From a virus (lineage: Duplodnaviria > Caudoviricetes), in the IMG/VR virus record IMGVR_UViG_3300035673_000002, positions 8,831 through 72,830 of that record: 64,000 bases of DNA; one strand, given 5' to 3'. Position 1 is the stretch's first letter. Every line of letters starts with the position of its first letter. Below are positions 27,044 through 35,696 of this stretch, one piece after another. The notes under the pieces are model-generated. The model was given only the letters and a program-made list of their open reading frames with translations. It was not told the origin of the DNA and did no database searches. The translations under genes were made by a program, and so were the position numbers.

Positions 27044-27093
27044 GTCGTTGCCGGCGCCGCTCGGTGCTGGTCGACAAACCGATGGAGGTTCCG

Positions 27094-27354
27094 ATGCCTG
27101 CTTTCACCCGCTCCCAGGTCGACGCGATCGCGATCGGCTCTCTCGTCGCCCGTAGCATCGACGGCGTGCGGTTCTCGCCGGCGGAGCCGGTCACCCGCAT
27201 CTTCGGCAAGGGCGACAACGTCTCGGGCGAGCTCTACGTGTGCTTCTACGCTCGCTTCGGTGCGAACGCCGAGATGTCGGGCTCGATCTCCGAGGGCGAT
27301 ACGCTCGACGGCCGCCTCTACCGGATCGTCGAGGGCCCGGTCGCCCCGCTCTGA
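27094..27354 (+). CDS. Early hypothetical protein
   Basis: GACAAACC + GGAGG leader before ATG 27094. Confidence 0.6.
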   Translation: MPAFTRSQVDAIAIGSLVARSIDGVRFSPAEPVTRIFGKGDNVSGELYVCFYARFGANAEMSGSISEGDTLDGRLYRIVEGPVAPL

Positions 27355-27397
27355 TTTCCGTGCGCGTACCTTCCTGACAAACCAAGGAGTTTCCGAG

Positions 27398-28120
27398 ATG
27401 CTGTTCCCCAACAAATTCGCCGGTACCTGCCGCATCTGTGCAGAGCCGGTCGCTGCCCGTGCCGGGTTCGTCGAGAAGCGCGACGGTGCCTGGACGGTGC
27501 TCTGTGCCGACAGTGGTCGGTGCAAGCCGAAGCCTCCGACGTCGCCGGCGGCGCCTGCAGCTGCTCGTACCGCGGTCGGTGATCTATCCGGCATCCTGGC
27601 GCTGTTCGGCAAGGCTCGCCAGCACCTGAAGTTCCCGGCGATCTCGCTGGTGGTGCGTATGGCCGATGAGGCTGAGCTTGCCATCCGTGTCAACGTCGCC
27701 GGCGCGCAGGCCCGGGTTCCGGGCTCGCTCACGGTGGTCGACTCCGAGCGCGACGAGGCGACGGGCCGGCGCGATTGGTTGGGCCGGATTCATCTCGACG
27801 GGACGTTCGAGGTGTCGCGCTCGGGGCGCGCGTACATGCCTGCGCTACTCGATCGGCTGCAGGCCTTCGCTGCCGATCCCGCCAAGATCGCGGGCGAGGA
27901 TGGGCGCCTGCATGGCCGGTGCTGCTTCTGCCGCATCGCGCTCTCCGATGAGCGCTCGACGTTCGTCGGGTATGGCAGGATTTGCGCTTCGCGCTACGGG
28001 CTGCCGTGGGGCGAGGTCGAGGCGCCGGTCGAGCCGTCGGCTCCGGCGGTCAATCTGTTCAATGGCGCGACCGATCCCGAGCGCGATGCGGTCGGGCAGA
28101 TGATGGGGAGGAACCTGTGA
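27398..28120 (+). CDS. DUF6011-like zinc-binding protein
   Basis: N-term C..C, C-term GRCCFC...LSDERS..VGYG.ICA; AAGGAG RBS. Confidence 0.7.
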   Translation: MLFPNKFAGTCRICAEPVAARAGFVEKRDGAWTVLCADSGRCKPKPPTSPAAPAAARTAVGDLSGILALFGKARQHLKFPAISLVVRMADEAELAIRVNVAGAQARVPGSLTVVDSERDEATGRRDWLGRIHLDGTFEVSRSGRAYMPALLDRLQAFAADPAKIAGEDGRLHGRCCFCRIALSDERSTFVGYGRICASRYGLPWGEVEAPVEPSAPAVNLFNGATDPERDAVGQMMGRNL

Positions 28121-28320
28121 AGCCGGGCGCGCGGCTCTGGACCAAGGGATTGCCGGCTTTTGCCGGCTTTCCTGGCGTCGCTCCCGAGGAGGTCACGATC
28201 GTGCGGTGGCGCGACCGCGTGCATGGGCCTCAGGACCAATGGCTCGGCTGGCACATCGTGGAGTTCGCCGATGGCGGGCGCCTGTGCATGCACGAGGGCA
28301 ACCTCGAGGTGCCGTTGTGA
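28117..28320 (+). CDS. Small hypothetical protein
   Basis: GTGA coupling; GGGGAGG RBS. Confidence 0.55.
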   Translation: MKPGARLWTKGLPAFAGFPGVAPEEVTIVRWRDRVHGPQDQWLGWHIVEFADGGRLCMHEGNLEVPL

Positions 28321-28622
28321 GCGCGCAGCTGCAGCTTGGCCTCCAGGGCGGCGCCGATCGCGCCGTCTCTTGGCGGCGCGTCCCTGGCATCACGCGGGCC
28401 CACCACGAGATGCTGGTCGGCGGCGCTCCCACGGGCGTGTGGGTCCGGTGCTGCGGCCATCCGACCGCGCTCCGGCCGTACTACCTCGCGGGCCCGGGCG
28501 GCATGCTGGTGGAGCGCAAGTTCGCGCTCCTGGCCGAGGCCAAGGCGGCGATCGTCGCCCTGGTCGAGGCGGCCGGCGGCTTCGAGGTGTGGCGCATCGG
28601 AGACAGCCTTTTCTCACGTTAA
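28317..28622 (+). CDS. Small hypothetical protein
   Basis: GTGA coupling; CCGHPTALRPYY motif. Confidence 0.55.
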   Translation: MSAQLQLGLQGGADRAVSWRRVPGITRAHHEMLVGGAPTGVWVRCCGHPTALRPYYLAGPGGMLVERKFALLAEAKAAIVALVEAAGGFEVWRIGDSLFSR

Positions 28623-28681
28623 AACAAAGCGGTGCGCGCATGAGAATTCGCTACACAAACGAACGACGCTATGGCTACGTG
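28623..28681 (+). promoter_or_regulatory. Early promoter block, copy 2
   Basis: AACAAAGCGGTGCGCGCATGAGAAT ... TATGGCTACGTG. Confidence 0.55.
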
Positions 28682-28726
28682 TGCGGGCCGGCAGATGCCG
28701 GTCCGACAAACCGATTGGAGCCTGCC

Positions 28727-28924
28727 ATGTCCAAGTTCATCGTCACCGTCGTCCACAATGGCCTGAAGGTGCCTCTGCGCGGCACCGTGTGGGCGTTCTC
28801 GATGGAGCGCGCGCAGAAATTCGAAACTCGCGAGTTGGCGCAGGCCGCGCTCGATCGCGCGCAGCGGTTCATGAAGGCCTCCGTCTACAAAAAGGCGGTG
28901 ATCGAAGAAGTCGCCGCCGACTGA
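28727..28924 (+). CDS. Small hypothetical protein
   Basis: GACAAACC + GGAG leader; ERAQKFETRELAQAAL. Confidence 0.6.
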   Translation: MSKFIVTVVHNGLKVPLRGTVWAFSMERAQKFETRELAQAALDRAQRFMKASVYKKAVIEEVAAD

Positions 28925-29016
28925 CGGCCGTCCCTGGCCTTCCGCGGCGTCCTGGTGGCGCCGCGGTGGGGCGGGATCGTCCCGTCTGACAAACCACAAA
29001 CCGAAGGAATTTTGCC

Positions 29017-30114
29017 ATGTCTCTCATGAATAGCACCGCGGCCGCTCCGAAGCCGCATAGCTTCGAATACAAGGGCCGTCCGATCACGTCTCGCCTGGGC
29101 GATGACGGCGTCGGCGTGGTCCGCGTCTACAATGCCTGCCGGTCCCGCGTCGTGCACAAGACGACGTCGCTCGATCTCGCCACGCGCTGGATCGACGGCT
29201 TGGCTGGCAGCGATGCCGGCGTGCCGGCTCCGGAGACCGAGGCGTCGGTCGCGGCCGAAGTGGACGCATGGGCGACGGCGGCGGGCGTGCCGGTGCCGGC
29301 TGAGCCGGCCTTGGATGCCGGCATGACGCCTCGCGAGGTCCGCGATTTCATCAAGGCCGGTGACCATGTTCGCGTGCTGGTCGACGGCTGCGGTGGCGTC
29401 GGCACCGACGATGGCGGCGAAGAGCAACGCGAATTCAAGGCGGGCGAGATCGTCCGGGTGGATCGTCTCGATCAGTTCCGGCCTCCGCAGGGGTTGGCGG
29501 CCACGATCGTGTCGGCGAGTGGCGTCGTCAACGTGTTCGACGAGGCCGACTTCGATGGGATCTACCCGTTCGAGCTTCTGGGCGACGGCACGCCGCTCGC
29601 CGCGGGCACGCTGATCGATGGGATTGATTGCTCCGGCATGACGGATCTCGCCCCGGGCATCCCGGTCTACCTGCAGCCCCACAATCGCCGCGCGCTCACT
29701 CCGGAGCAGGCTGGTCGTGTGGCTGCTCTGGCTGCGGCTCGTGCGGAAGAGGCCCGCATCAAGCGCGAGGGCGATAGCACCGTGGTGTCCGATCTGGTCG
29801 CCGCGGCGAAGGCGAAGCGCGGCGGTGGCAAGGGCGCGAAGCGCTCGGGCGGTGGCGCCGGTGCCGGCGGCTCGGGCTCGGGCGGTGGCTCAGCCAAGAA
29901 GCGCGGCGGTGGGGCGAAGAAGCCGGCCGACGGGAAGAGCAAGACGGCGATCGTCGCCGGTCTGCTCAAGCGCTCGGGCGGCTGCACCACGGCCGACATC
30001 CTCGAGGCGACGGGTTGGCCGTCGGTGTCGGTGCCGGCCATGGCGAAGGCGGCTGGGCTCCGGCTCCGGAAGGAGAAGGTCAAGGGCTCGCCCACTCAGT
30101 ACTTCGGGTCCTGA
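29017..30114 (+). CDS. Modular protein with C-terminal DUF3489-like winged helix
   Basis: KSKTAIVAGLLKR.GG.T.ADILEATGW motif after a Gly/Lys linker. Confidence 0.65.
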   Translation: MSLMNSTAAAPKPHSFEYKGRPITSRLGDDGVGVVRVYNACRSRVVHKTTSLDLATRWIDGLAGSDAGVPAPETEASVAAEVDAWATAAGVPVPAEPALDAGMTPREVRDFIKAGDHVRVLVDGCGGVGTDDGGEEQREFKAGEIVRVDRLDQFRPPQGLAATIVSASGVVNVFDEADFDGIYPFELLGDGTPLAAGTLIDGIDCSGMTDLAPGIPVYLQPHNRRALTPEQAGRVAALAAARAEEARIKREGDSTVVSDLVAAAKAKRGGGKGAKRSGGGAGAGGSGSGGGSAKKRGGGAKKPADGKSKTAIVAGLLKRSGGCTTADILEATGWPSVSVPAMAKAAGLRLRKEKVKGSPTQYFGS

Positions 30115-30128
30115 TCCTGGTGGCGATC

Positions 30129-30150
30129 GGGGGCGGCTTCGGCCGCCTCC
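30129..30150 (+). terminator. GC-rich hairpin with C(UUCG)G loop, weak U-tract
   Basis: GGGGGCGGC-TTCG-GCCGCCTCC right after the stop at 30114. Confidence 0.45.
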
Positions 30151-30176
30151 GCTTCGTTCGTGGGGAGGCTGCAGCC

Positions 30177-30632
30177 ATGCGGGACCATCGACTTCGTACG
30201 CGCCGGCTCAAGCTCGGCGTTTCGCAGTTTCACCTGGGGTGTGTCGCCGGTTTTACTCCGCGCAGCGCTCAATCCATGGTCAGCCATGTCGAGCGCTCGA
30301 GCGCGTCCTCGAGCCCGGCGGCCGTTCAGAAGGTCCGCTCCGCCCTGGTATGGCTGGAGACCCAGCAGCGGCGCGAGCGGGAATGGGCGCGTGCGGATGC
30401 GGCCGCGGGCGCGCTGGTGGCGCGCGCGGTCGCCGAGGGGCCGGGCGCCGAGGGCTACGAGACGCTGGTGGTCGAGCGGCTCGTGTCGCTGCTGTGCGAC
30501 AATCGCGGCGACGAGTTCGACGTCCTGGCTGCGCGCGTGCCGGCGCCGCTCTGTGAGCGCGCGGGCAATCTGTACCTGGATCTGTGCACTCCGGTGCCGC
30601 TGGTGCCGGGCAACATCGGAGAACGTTCATGA
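30177..30632 (+). CDS. XRE-family HTH regulator-like protein
   Basis: LRTRRLKLGVSQ..LG..AG....S.VS.VER. Confidence 0.6.
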   Translation: MRDHRLRTRRLKLGVSQFHLGCVAGFTPRSAQSMVSHVERSSASSSPAAVQKVRSALVWLETQQRREREWARADAAAGALVARAVAEGPGAEGYETLVVERLVSLLCDNRGDEFDVLAARVPAPLCERAGNLYLDLCTPVPLVPGNIGERS

Positions 30633-30799
30633 GCGATGACGCTTCGTCTGCCCAGGATACGCTGGTTCATTACTTCCGCACCGTGTGGGAGCAGGCTGGC
30701 TTGCCGTGGATCGCCGACAACGAGACCGAGGTTCGCGGGATCGTGCGCCGCATCGTCGACGCCTCGGTGAAGGCCGCGCGGCACGACATCTGCCGATGA
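30629..30799 (+). CDS. Small hypothetical protein
   Basis: ATGA coupling on both sides. Confidence 0.55.
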   Translation: MSDDASSAQDTLVHYFRTVWEQAGLPWIADNETEVRGIVRRIVDASVKAARHDICR

Positions 30800-31221
30800 G
30801 AGACAATCAGCATCTTGAGGCCGGTGCTCGGCGCGCGCGGTACTACCCGGTGCGGCCGACATGGCTCTCGCATCAACAGAGCATCCGCCGGCGCGGTCCC
30901 TGGCATCGCTGCACCGATTGCGGTGGCGCGCGTCCGCTCGGGCCCATGCTGATCGAGGACCTGTGGGAGCGTCTCGGCGGCGATGATGACGTGCTCTGTC
31001 ATCCCTGCCTGTGCCGGCGGCTCGGCCGGCCGGTTACCGTGCGGGATCTCCGCGAGTGCCTGTTCAACTTGCAGCACCTGCCCGAGCGTCTGCTCGAGCC
31101 GTACCTGCGCGAGGTCCTGCGCCGGATCCATGGGCGGATGAACGTGCAGATGGCGCTCGAGGCCCGGGTGGACGAGCAGCTCCTGCCGGCGGGCTGGCGG
31201 GGCGACGGCGAATTGCTCTAA
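30796..31221 (+). CDS. Zinc-finger-like protein
   Basis: CTDC....ML.EDLW....LC.PC..RRLGR. Confidence 0.6.
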   Translation: MRDNQHLEAGARRARYYPVRPTWLSHQQSIRRRGPWHRCTDCGGARPLGPMLIEDLWERLGGDDDVLCHPCLCRRLGRPVTVRDLRECLFNLQHLPERLLEPYLREVLRRIHGRMNVQMALEARVDEQLLPAGWRGDGELL

Positions 31222-31243
31222 GCTCGGGGCGTGGATGGGGAGA

Positions 31244-31275
31244 GGGCTCGGCTTCGGCTGGGCCCTTTTCCTTTT
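31244..31275 (+). terminator. Intrinsic terminator ending the early operon
   Basis: GGGCTCGGC-TTCG-GCTGGGCCC followed by TTTTCCTTTT. Confidence 0.75.
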
Positions 31276-31293
31276 GGGGCGGCCGCTGGTGCG

Positions 31294-32784
31294 TTAAACG
31301 AGGGCGTCCGCTGCCTCGGCCCGCCCTCTGGCGATCTCCGCATGGGTGTGGCGGCCGCCGGCCAGGACGGCGGCATTCCCGGAGAACGTTTGCCACCTCT
31401 GGATGGCCGCGTCGCAATAGGCCGGGTCGAGTTCCACGCCGAAAGCCCGGCGCCCGGTCATCTCGGCGCCGATGATCGTGGTTCCGGAGCCGGCGAAGCC
31501 GTCGATCACGATCTCGCCTGGTCGGCTCGAGTTCGCGATCGCGCGCCTGGCGAGCTCGACGGGCTTCTGCGTCGGATGCACGTAGTCCTGGTCGCGGGCG
31601 ACTTCCCACACCGTGCTCGAGCCCTCGGCGCCGGCGAGGTAGACCGTCGGTCGCTTGCCGGTGAGCCGGACCTGGCGCACGGTCTTGCCCTTGGGCGTCT
31701 TGCTGTGGACGTAGAGCGCGTTGCCCTCGCCGTCGAGCACGACGATGCCTGGCCCAATGACGGCCGCGGTGTCGTTGGCAGTTGCGAGCTCCACCCGCCA
31801 GACCGTCGACTCGTTGGGTTCGCCGTGAAACGCCGGTTTGTGCTCCGGCCTCGAGGCGTAAAAGCACGGCTCGTGCGCCCAGCGGTAGTCGGCGTGGCCT
31901 GGTACGATGCTGGGCTTGGCCCAGATCAGGTACTGACGCTCGACCAGGCCGGCGGCGGTCATCGCCTCGGAGAAGTCGTTGCGGGTGGCGCTGGCGTGCC
32001 AGATGTACCAGCCGGCATCGGGGACGGTCATGGCGGCCATGCGGGTGAAGCTCGCCACCAGCATCCGGAAGAGGTCATCGCGGCGCTTGTCGTCGCCCTC
32101 GATCGTCTCGCCGGCGGCGTTCTCGTAGCTCACGCCGTAGGGCGGATCGGTGAACACCATCGCCGCGCGCTCGCGCTGCATGAGCGCGTTCCAGGTGGCC
32201 TCGAGGGTGGCGTCGCCGCAGATCAGGCGGTGCTCGCCGAGGATCCAGACGTCGCCGCGCCGGGCGGTCGCCGCGCGCGGTGGCACCGGGACCTGGTTCG
32301 GATCGCCGGTCGCCGGCGTGGCGAGCAGCTGCGGCATGTTGGGGAAGCCGAGCAGCGGCATGTCGAAGCCGGCGAGGCTGAGCCGACGTGCCTCGGCCTT
32401 GAGCATCGGCATGTCCCATTGGGAGATGCGGCCGAGTTGGTTGTCTGCGAGGCGGTAGGCCGCCTTGTCGCTCTCCGGCCATCCGCGCGCGATCGCCACG
32501 GGTAACTCGGCAAAGGCGCGCTGGCCCTGGTCGACGAGCTTGAGCGCCGCGAGGCGCCGGCCGTGGCCGTAGATGAGCACGCCTTCCTCATCCACCAGCA
32601 CCGGGGTGGTGACGCCGAAGCGCTCCATCGATGCCGCCAGCTGCTCGATCTGGTCGGGGTCGTGCTTCATGGCGTTCTGTGGGTATGGCTTGATGCGATC
32701 GAGCGGCCAGCGCTCGACCTGGTCGGCGGGCCAGGGCCGCAGCGGCGGCCGGAGTTTCGCGTCTCCGGCCGCCGCATCAGGCAT
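31294..32784 (-). CDS. ParB/Srx-domain + beta-class amino-DNA methyltransferase fusion
   Basis: N-term PY.QNA.KH...LIYGHGR; MVFTDPPY; HPTQKP; DGFAGSGTT. Confidence 0.88.
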   Translation of the reverse strand: MPDAAAGDAKLRPPLRPWPADQVERWPLDRIKPYPQNAMKHDPDQIEQLAASMERFGVTTPVLVDEEGVLIYGHGRRLAALKLVDQGQRAFAELPVAIARGWPESDKAAYRLADNQLGRISQWDMPMLKAEARRLSLAGFDMPLLGFPNMPQLLATPATGDPNQVPVPPRAATARRGDVWILGEHRLICGDATLEATWNALMQRERAAMVFTDPPYGVSYENAAGETIEGDDKRRDDLFRMLVASFTRMAAMTVPDAGWYIWHASATRNDFSEAMTAAGLVERQYLIWAKPSIVPGHADYRWAHEPCFYASRPEHKPAFHGEPNESTVWRVELATANDTAAVIGPGIVVLDGEGNALYVHSKTPKGKTVRQVRLTGKRPTVYLAGAEGSSTVWEVARDQDYVHPTQKPVELARRAIANSSRPGEIVIDGFAGSGTTIIGAEMTGRRAFGVELDPAYCDAAIQRWQTFSGNAAVLAGGRHTHAEIARGRAEAADALV

Positions 32785-33050
32785 CAGGCGTCTCTGCATG
32801 GGAGGAATGGCGGCAATGTTAATCACGTTCGATGTCGGGCGTCAAACGCAGCTGCGCCCCGCTCGTGGGGAGCAGGGCGCAGCCTCTACGACAAACCGAA
32901 GAGCCCGGTTCGAACGGAAGGCCTCCGATGACAAGAGACCGCCACACTCGTTTGGACCAACATCGCCCCAGGAGGAGTTTCCGACGCTTCAACCGGGGCT
33001 GCAGGGCGGTGCATACGCCAAGCCGAGGGCTGGTGTCAAACATCGCGTGG

Positions 33051-33392
33051 TCATGCGCTCCGGCCATCGAGCCATCGATAATCGATTGCCCGTCCCGCGT
33101 CCCGCGCTGCCTCGATCCCTTGCTTCATGCCACGCGAGATTCCGCGGTCCTGGTAGACGACGGTCTTGGTGGCGTGGTTGCCCCAGGCGAGCCCGGCGAG
33201 AATACCGAGGTTGCGCTCCGAATCGATCGCGTCGTTGAGGATGCCGGGCTGGGTGTAGAGCAGATGCGAAGCGAACGGGTATTCCCAGCGGTCGAAGCAG
33301 TCGCGCATGCAGGCGCGGGCATATGCGACGTTTTCCGCCGTCTCCGCGTCCGTGGCGCCGCGGTACGGGCTCTCGAGTAGGACCAGGATCAC
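33051..33392 (-). CDS. Nucleoside 2-deoxyribosyltransferase-like (DUF7768/DUF4406-type) protein
   Basis: LESPY.G...NVAYARAC, ASHLLYTQ, VVY.DRGIS.GM..GI motifs. Confidence 0.65.
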   Translation of the reverse strand: MILVLLESPYRGATDAETAENVAYARACMRDCFDRWEYPFASHLLYTQPGILNDAIDSERNLGILAGLAWGNHATKTVVYQDRGISRGMKQGIEAARDAGRAIDYRWLDGRSA

Positions 33393-33583
33393 AGCCGGTA
33401 CTCCTTTTCGACAAACCCGAGGTTCGGGTCGCCCACGAGCGTCCACGGGATCTTGGTTTTGTGGCTGACGTAGTGGCGCCAATGCGATCGGCGGAAATGC
33501 AGGCGCTTGCGGGTGTGATGCTCGAATGCGCCGGCGGGCGTCGGGAGCCGATCGGCGCGCTCGTGGCGCCTGGCGAGGCTCAC
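33389..33583 (-). pseudogene. C-terminal fragment of a larger phage protein family, upstream ATG out of frame
   Basis: KRLHFRRSHWRH..VGDP.LGFV.KEY motif preceded by an in-frame stop; ATG at 33644 is in another frame. Confidence 0.4.
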
Positions 33584-33640
33584 GATGTGGTGAGTCGCCC
33601 GGGTAGTGCATCTTTTCGGTGGGCTCCCATGGCTTGTCGG

Positions 33641-33880
33641 TCATGGCTTCCTCCGGATTTCGTTGATGCCCTCGGGCCCGTAGATCACGAACGTCGGCGA
33701 CATCCGCACCGTCGTGAGGTCGGCCTCGAGGTGGACGTCCTTGGTGAAGCACCTGCCGCCGAGCAGGCGGTGCGCGCGCTCGTGCGCGTCGCGTGCGCTC
33801 GAGGCCGTGATGGTGGCCGTGCCGGTGATCCGGATTGGCACCGTGAACTCCTGCGGAGCGGCCTTGGATGCCCTGCGCAT
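33641..33880 (-). CDS. Small hypothetical protein
   Basis: GGGAGG RBS, coupling with neighbours. Confidence 0.5.
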   Translation of the reverse strand: MRRASKAAPQEFTVPIRITGTATITASSARDAHERAHRLLGGRCFTKDVHLEADLTTVRMSPTFVIYGPEGINEIRRKP

Positions 33881-34068
33881 CACGCTTCCTCCCGGTCTGC
33901 GCATTCGTCGCATTGGTAGCCGCGGCGGCGATCGGCCTCACTCAGCCGGTTGGGTTCGCCGCAGGTTGGGCACGGCTGGTTGCGCGGGTTGCGGCGGTTG
34001 GCGGCGACGAGCGCGGAATGCTTCATCGGCGAGAAGCCGGCCTTTTGGAAATGACGTCTGTGCCTCAT
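33880..34068 (-). CDS. Small zinc-finger protein
   Basis: NPRNQPCPTC...GYQCDECA. Confidence 0.6.
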   Translation of the reverse strand: MRHRRHFQKAGFSPMKHSALVAANRRNPRNQPCPTCGEPNRLSEADRRRGYQCDECADREEA

Positions 34069-34388
34069 CGCACGCCTCCCGGGTTGAGATCTGTGATGTC
34101 ATCGCAGAGGAGTACCTGGGCGATCGTTTCCTCGATCAACTTGTGCGATCGCGGGAAGGTTTGCCTCGCGGCGGTGGCCCGTTTGGGTTTCGTCTCTCGC
34201 ACCGTGATTTCGAAGGTGCGCCTGATCTCGCCCTTGGGCGCCGTGATACGCACCTGCAGCGTGCCGGTGCGCGGTTGGCTCACGTCGATGCTACAGCCCT
34301 TGTCGACCAGCCCACGCAGGAGCGGGTTGCACGAGACTGCGATGCGCATTTCCTCGGTGAGCGCGGCCTTGATCTGGTGCGGGTTCAT
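34065..34388 (-). CDS. Hypothetical protein
   Basis: ATGA coupling on both sides. Confidence 0.55.
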   Translation of the reverse strand: MNPHQIKAALTEEMRIAVSCNPLLRGLVDKGCSIDVSQPRTGTLQVRITAPKGEIRRTFEITVRETKPKRATAARQTFPRSHKLIEETIAQVLLCDDITDLNPGGVR

Positions 34389-34519
34389 TGTGCCGGCTCG
34401 CCGGCGGCGAGCATGACGAGCGGCCGGATGTACGGGGCCCAGGTCATGATCATGTAAGCGAAGCCCGAAGCGGCGGCGACGGCCGCGGCCTCGAGCGCTA
34501 TGTCCTTGAATGTCGGCAT
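34385..34519 (-). CDS. 44-aa hydrophobic peptide (not in the ORF track)
   Basis: GACAAACC...AGGAG leader, MPTFKDIALEAAAVAAASGFAYMIMTWAPY..., stop overlaps the next ATG. Confidence 0.5.
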   Translation of the reverse strand: MPTFKDIALEAAAVAAASGFAYMIMTWAPYIRPLVMLAAGEPAQ

Positions 34520-34556
34520 CGGAAACTCCTGCTCGTTTGGGTTTGTCGCTGGTGGT

Positions 34557-34868
34557 TCAGTCTCGCCGCGTCAGCGCGCGCTTTTCCATGTGCTCTGACA
34601 CGACGTCTTCCCAGGCCTGTCTCGGGCGTCGGGCTCGAGCGGCCGTGAGTGCTTCCTGGGCTTCGGCGCCGAGCGCGATGAGCGCCTCGGATGCGCGCCG
34701 CTCGGAGAGCAGAGCTCTCGCCTGGGCCCTCGACATTCTGGTCGACCGCCGCTGGCGGCGATCGTCGCCGAAATAATTGACCACGGCGGTTCTGCCGTTG
34801 CGCTCGATCGTGACGCGCTGGCGTGCCAGCTGGAGCGCGCTCCTGATGGTGATCCGGGCGAGGGACAT
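34557..34868 (-). CDS. Hypothetical basic protein
   Basis: ATG overlaps upstream stop. Confidence 0.5.
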   Translation of the reverse strand: MSLARITIRSALQLARQRVTIERNGRTAVVNYFGDDRRQRRSTRMSRAQARALLSERRASEALIALGAEAQEALTAARARRPRQAWEDVVSEHMEKRALTRRD

Positions 34869-35101
34869 TACGCGGCTTCCTTGCTTCGCCTGCGGTGCAG
34901 CTCGTCCTGGTTCGGGTAGATGAGATTGGCCAGGATGTTGCCGGCGATCACCACGACGAGCGTGCGCCAGGGCTCGAGCCCGAGCGCCATCGCCAGCATC
35001 ATGAGCAGGCCGGCCCAAACGAACACCCGGACCGCGTGCTCGCGCAGGCCGACGATGAAGCCGTGCGCGAAGCGGGCCTTGAGGTAGATGGCGCGGATCA
35101 T
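34868..35101 (-). CDS. Two-TM membrane protein
   Basis: VFVWAGLLMMLAMAL and LVVVIAGNILANLIY; AGGAG RBS. Confidence 0.55.
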   Translation of the reverse strand: MIRAIYLKARFAHGFIVGLREHAVRVFVWAGLLMMLAMALGLEPWRTLVVVIAGNILANLIYPNQDELHRRRSKEAA

Positions 35102-35367
35102 GGTGTGCTCCTGGGCGCGACGCTGAAGGTGCCGATCCAGCGCGCGTTGCGCTGGAGCACTCGTTGGCGCGCGGTGGGGTCGAGTCGGTGGATGTCGAAC
35201 AGGGCGATCGTGCGGGCGCGGTTCGCGTAGGCCGGTACCGCGAGGGCTCGGCGTGCCATGCTGCGGCCGCTCTCGTAGGCCTCGCGCACCGAGGCGCATT
35301 TGCGCGCCTCGACGATCGCGTACCTGCCGGGTTCGACCAGGGCGATGACGGTGGCCATATAGTTCAT
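35098..35367 (-). CDS. Hypothetical protein
   Basis: GGAGA RBS; coupling. Confidence 0.5.
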   Translation of the reverse strand: MNYMATVIALVEPGRYAIVEARKCASVREAYESGRSMARRALAVPAYANRARTIALFDIHRLDPTARQRVLQRNARWIGTFSVAPRSTP

Positions 35368-35561
35368 CGGACCATCTCCCGCCTGTCCGCAATCACCAGC
35401 TGCTGAGTCCGCGCCCAGGCAAGCGTCTTCTCGCCATCGCGGCCGTTCGCCAGTCCCATCGAGAGATCCGTGACGCCGGCGGGCCCGATGCGCTTGAGCG
35501 CGTGCCAGACGTCCCCGGTCACGGGGTCGCGCCAAAAGTCGGCGTGGGTGTAGAAGCTCAT
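35364..35561 (-). CDS. Small hypothetical protein
   Basis: Hairpin + GACAAGCC + GGAG leader. Confidence 0.55.
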   Translation of the reverse strand: MSFYTHADFWRDPVTGDVWHALKRIGPAGVTDLSMGLANGRDGEKTLAWARTQQLVIADRREMVR

Positions 35562-35696
35562 GATTGCGCTCCGGCTTGTCGAAACGGGCTCTTGTGCCCG
35601 CGGGACCGACATTGCCGGGGGCGTGGTCGGAAGGCAACGAAATAGTGACGCGCCTATCGCCTTTGAAAACTCAATGAGATCGGTGTGACTTTTATG

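Noticed and set aside
28606-28626. TTTCTCACGTTAAAAC as a second parS
   Set aside because: Only the CACGT core matches; the arms are not palindromic.
33410-33417. GACAAACC copies at 33410 and 45334-45341
   Set aside because: Inside coding sequence (GFV and MTN codons), not upstream of an RBS.
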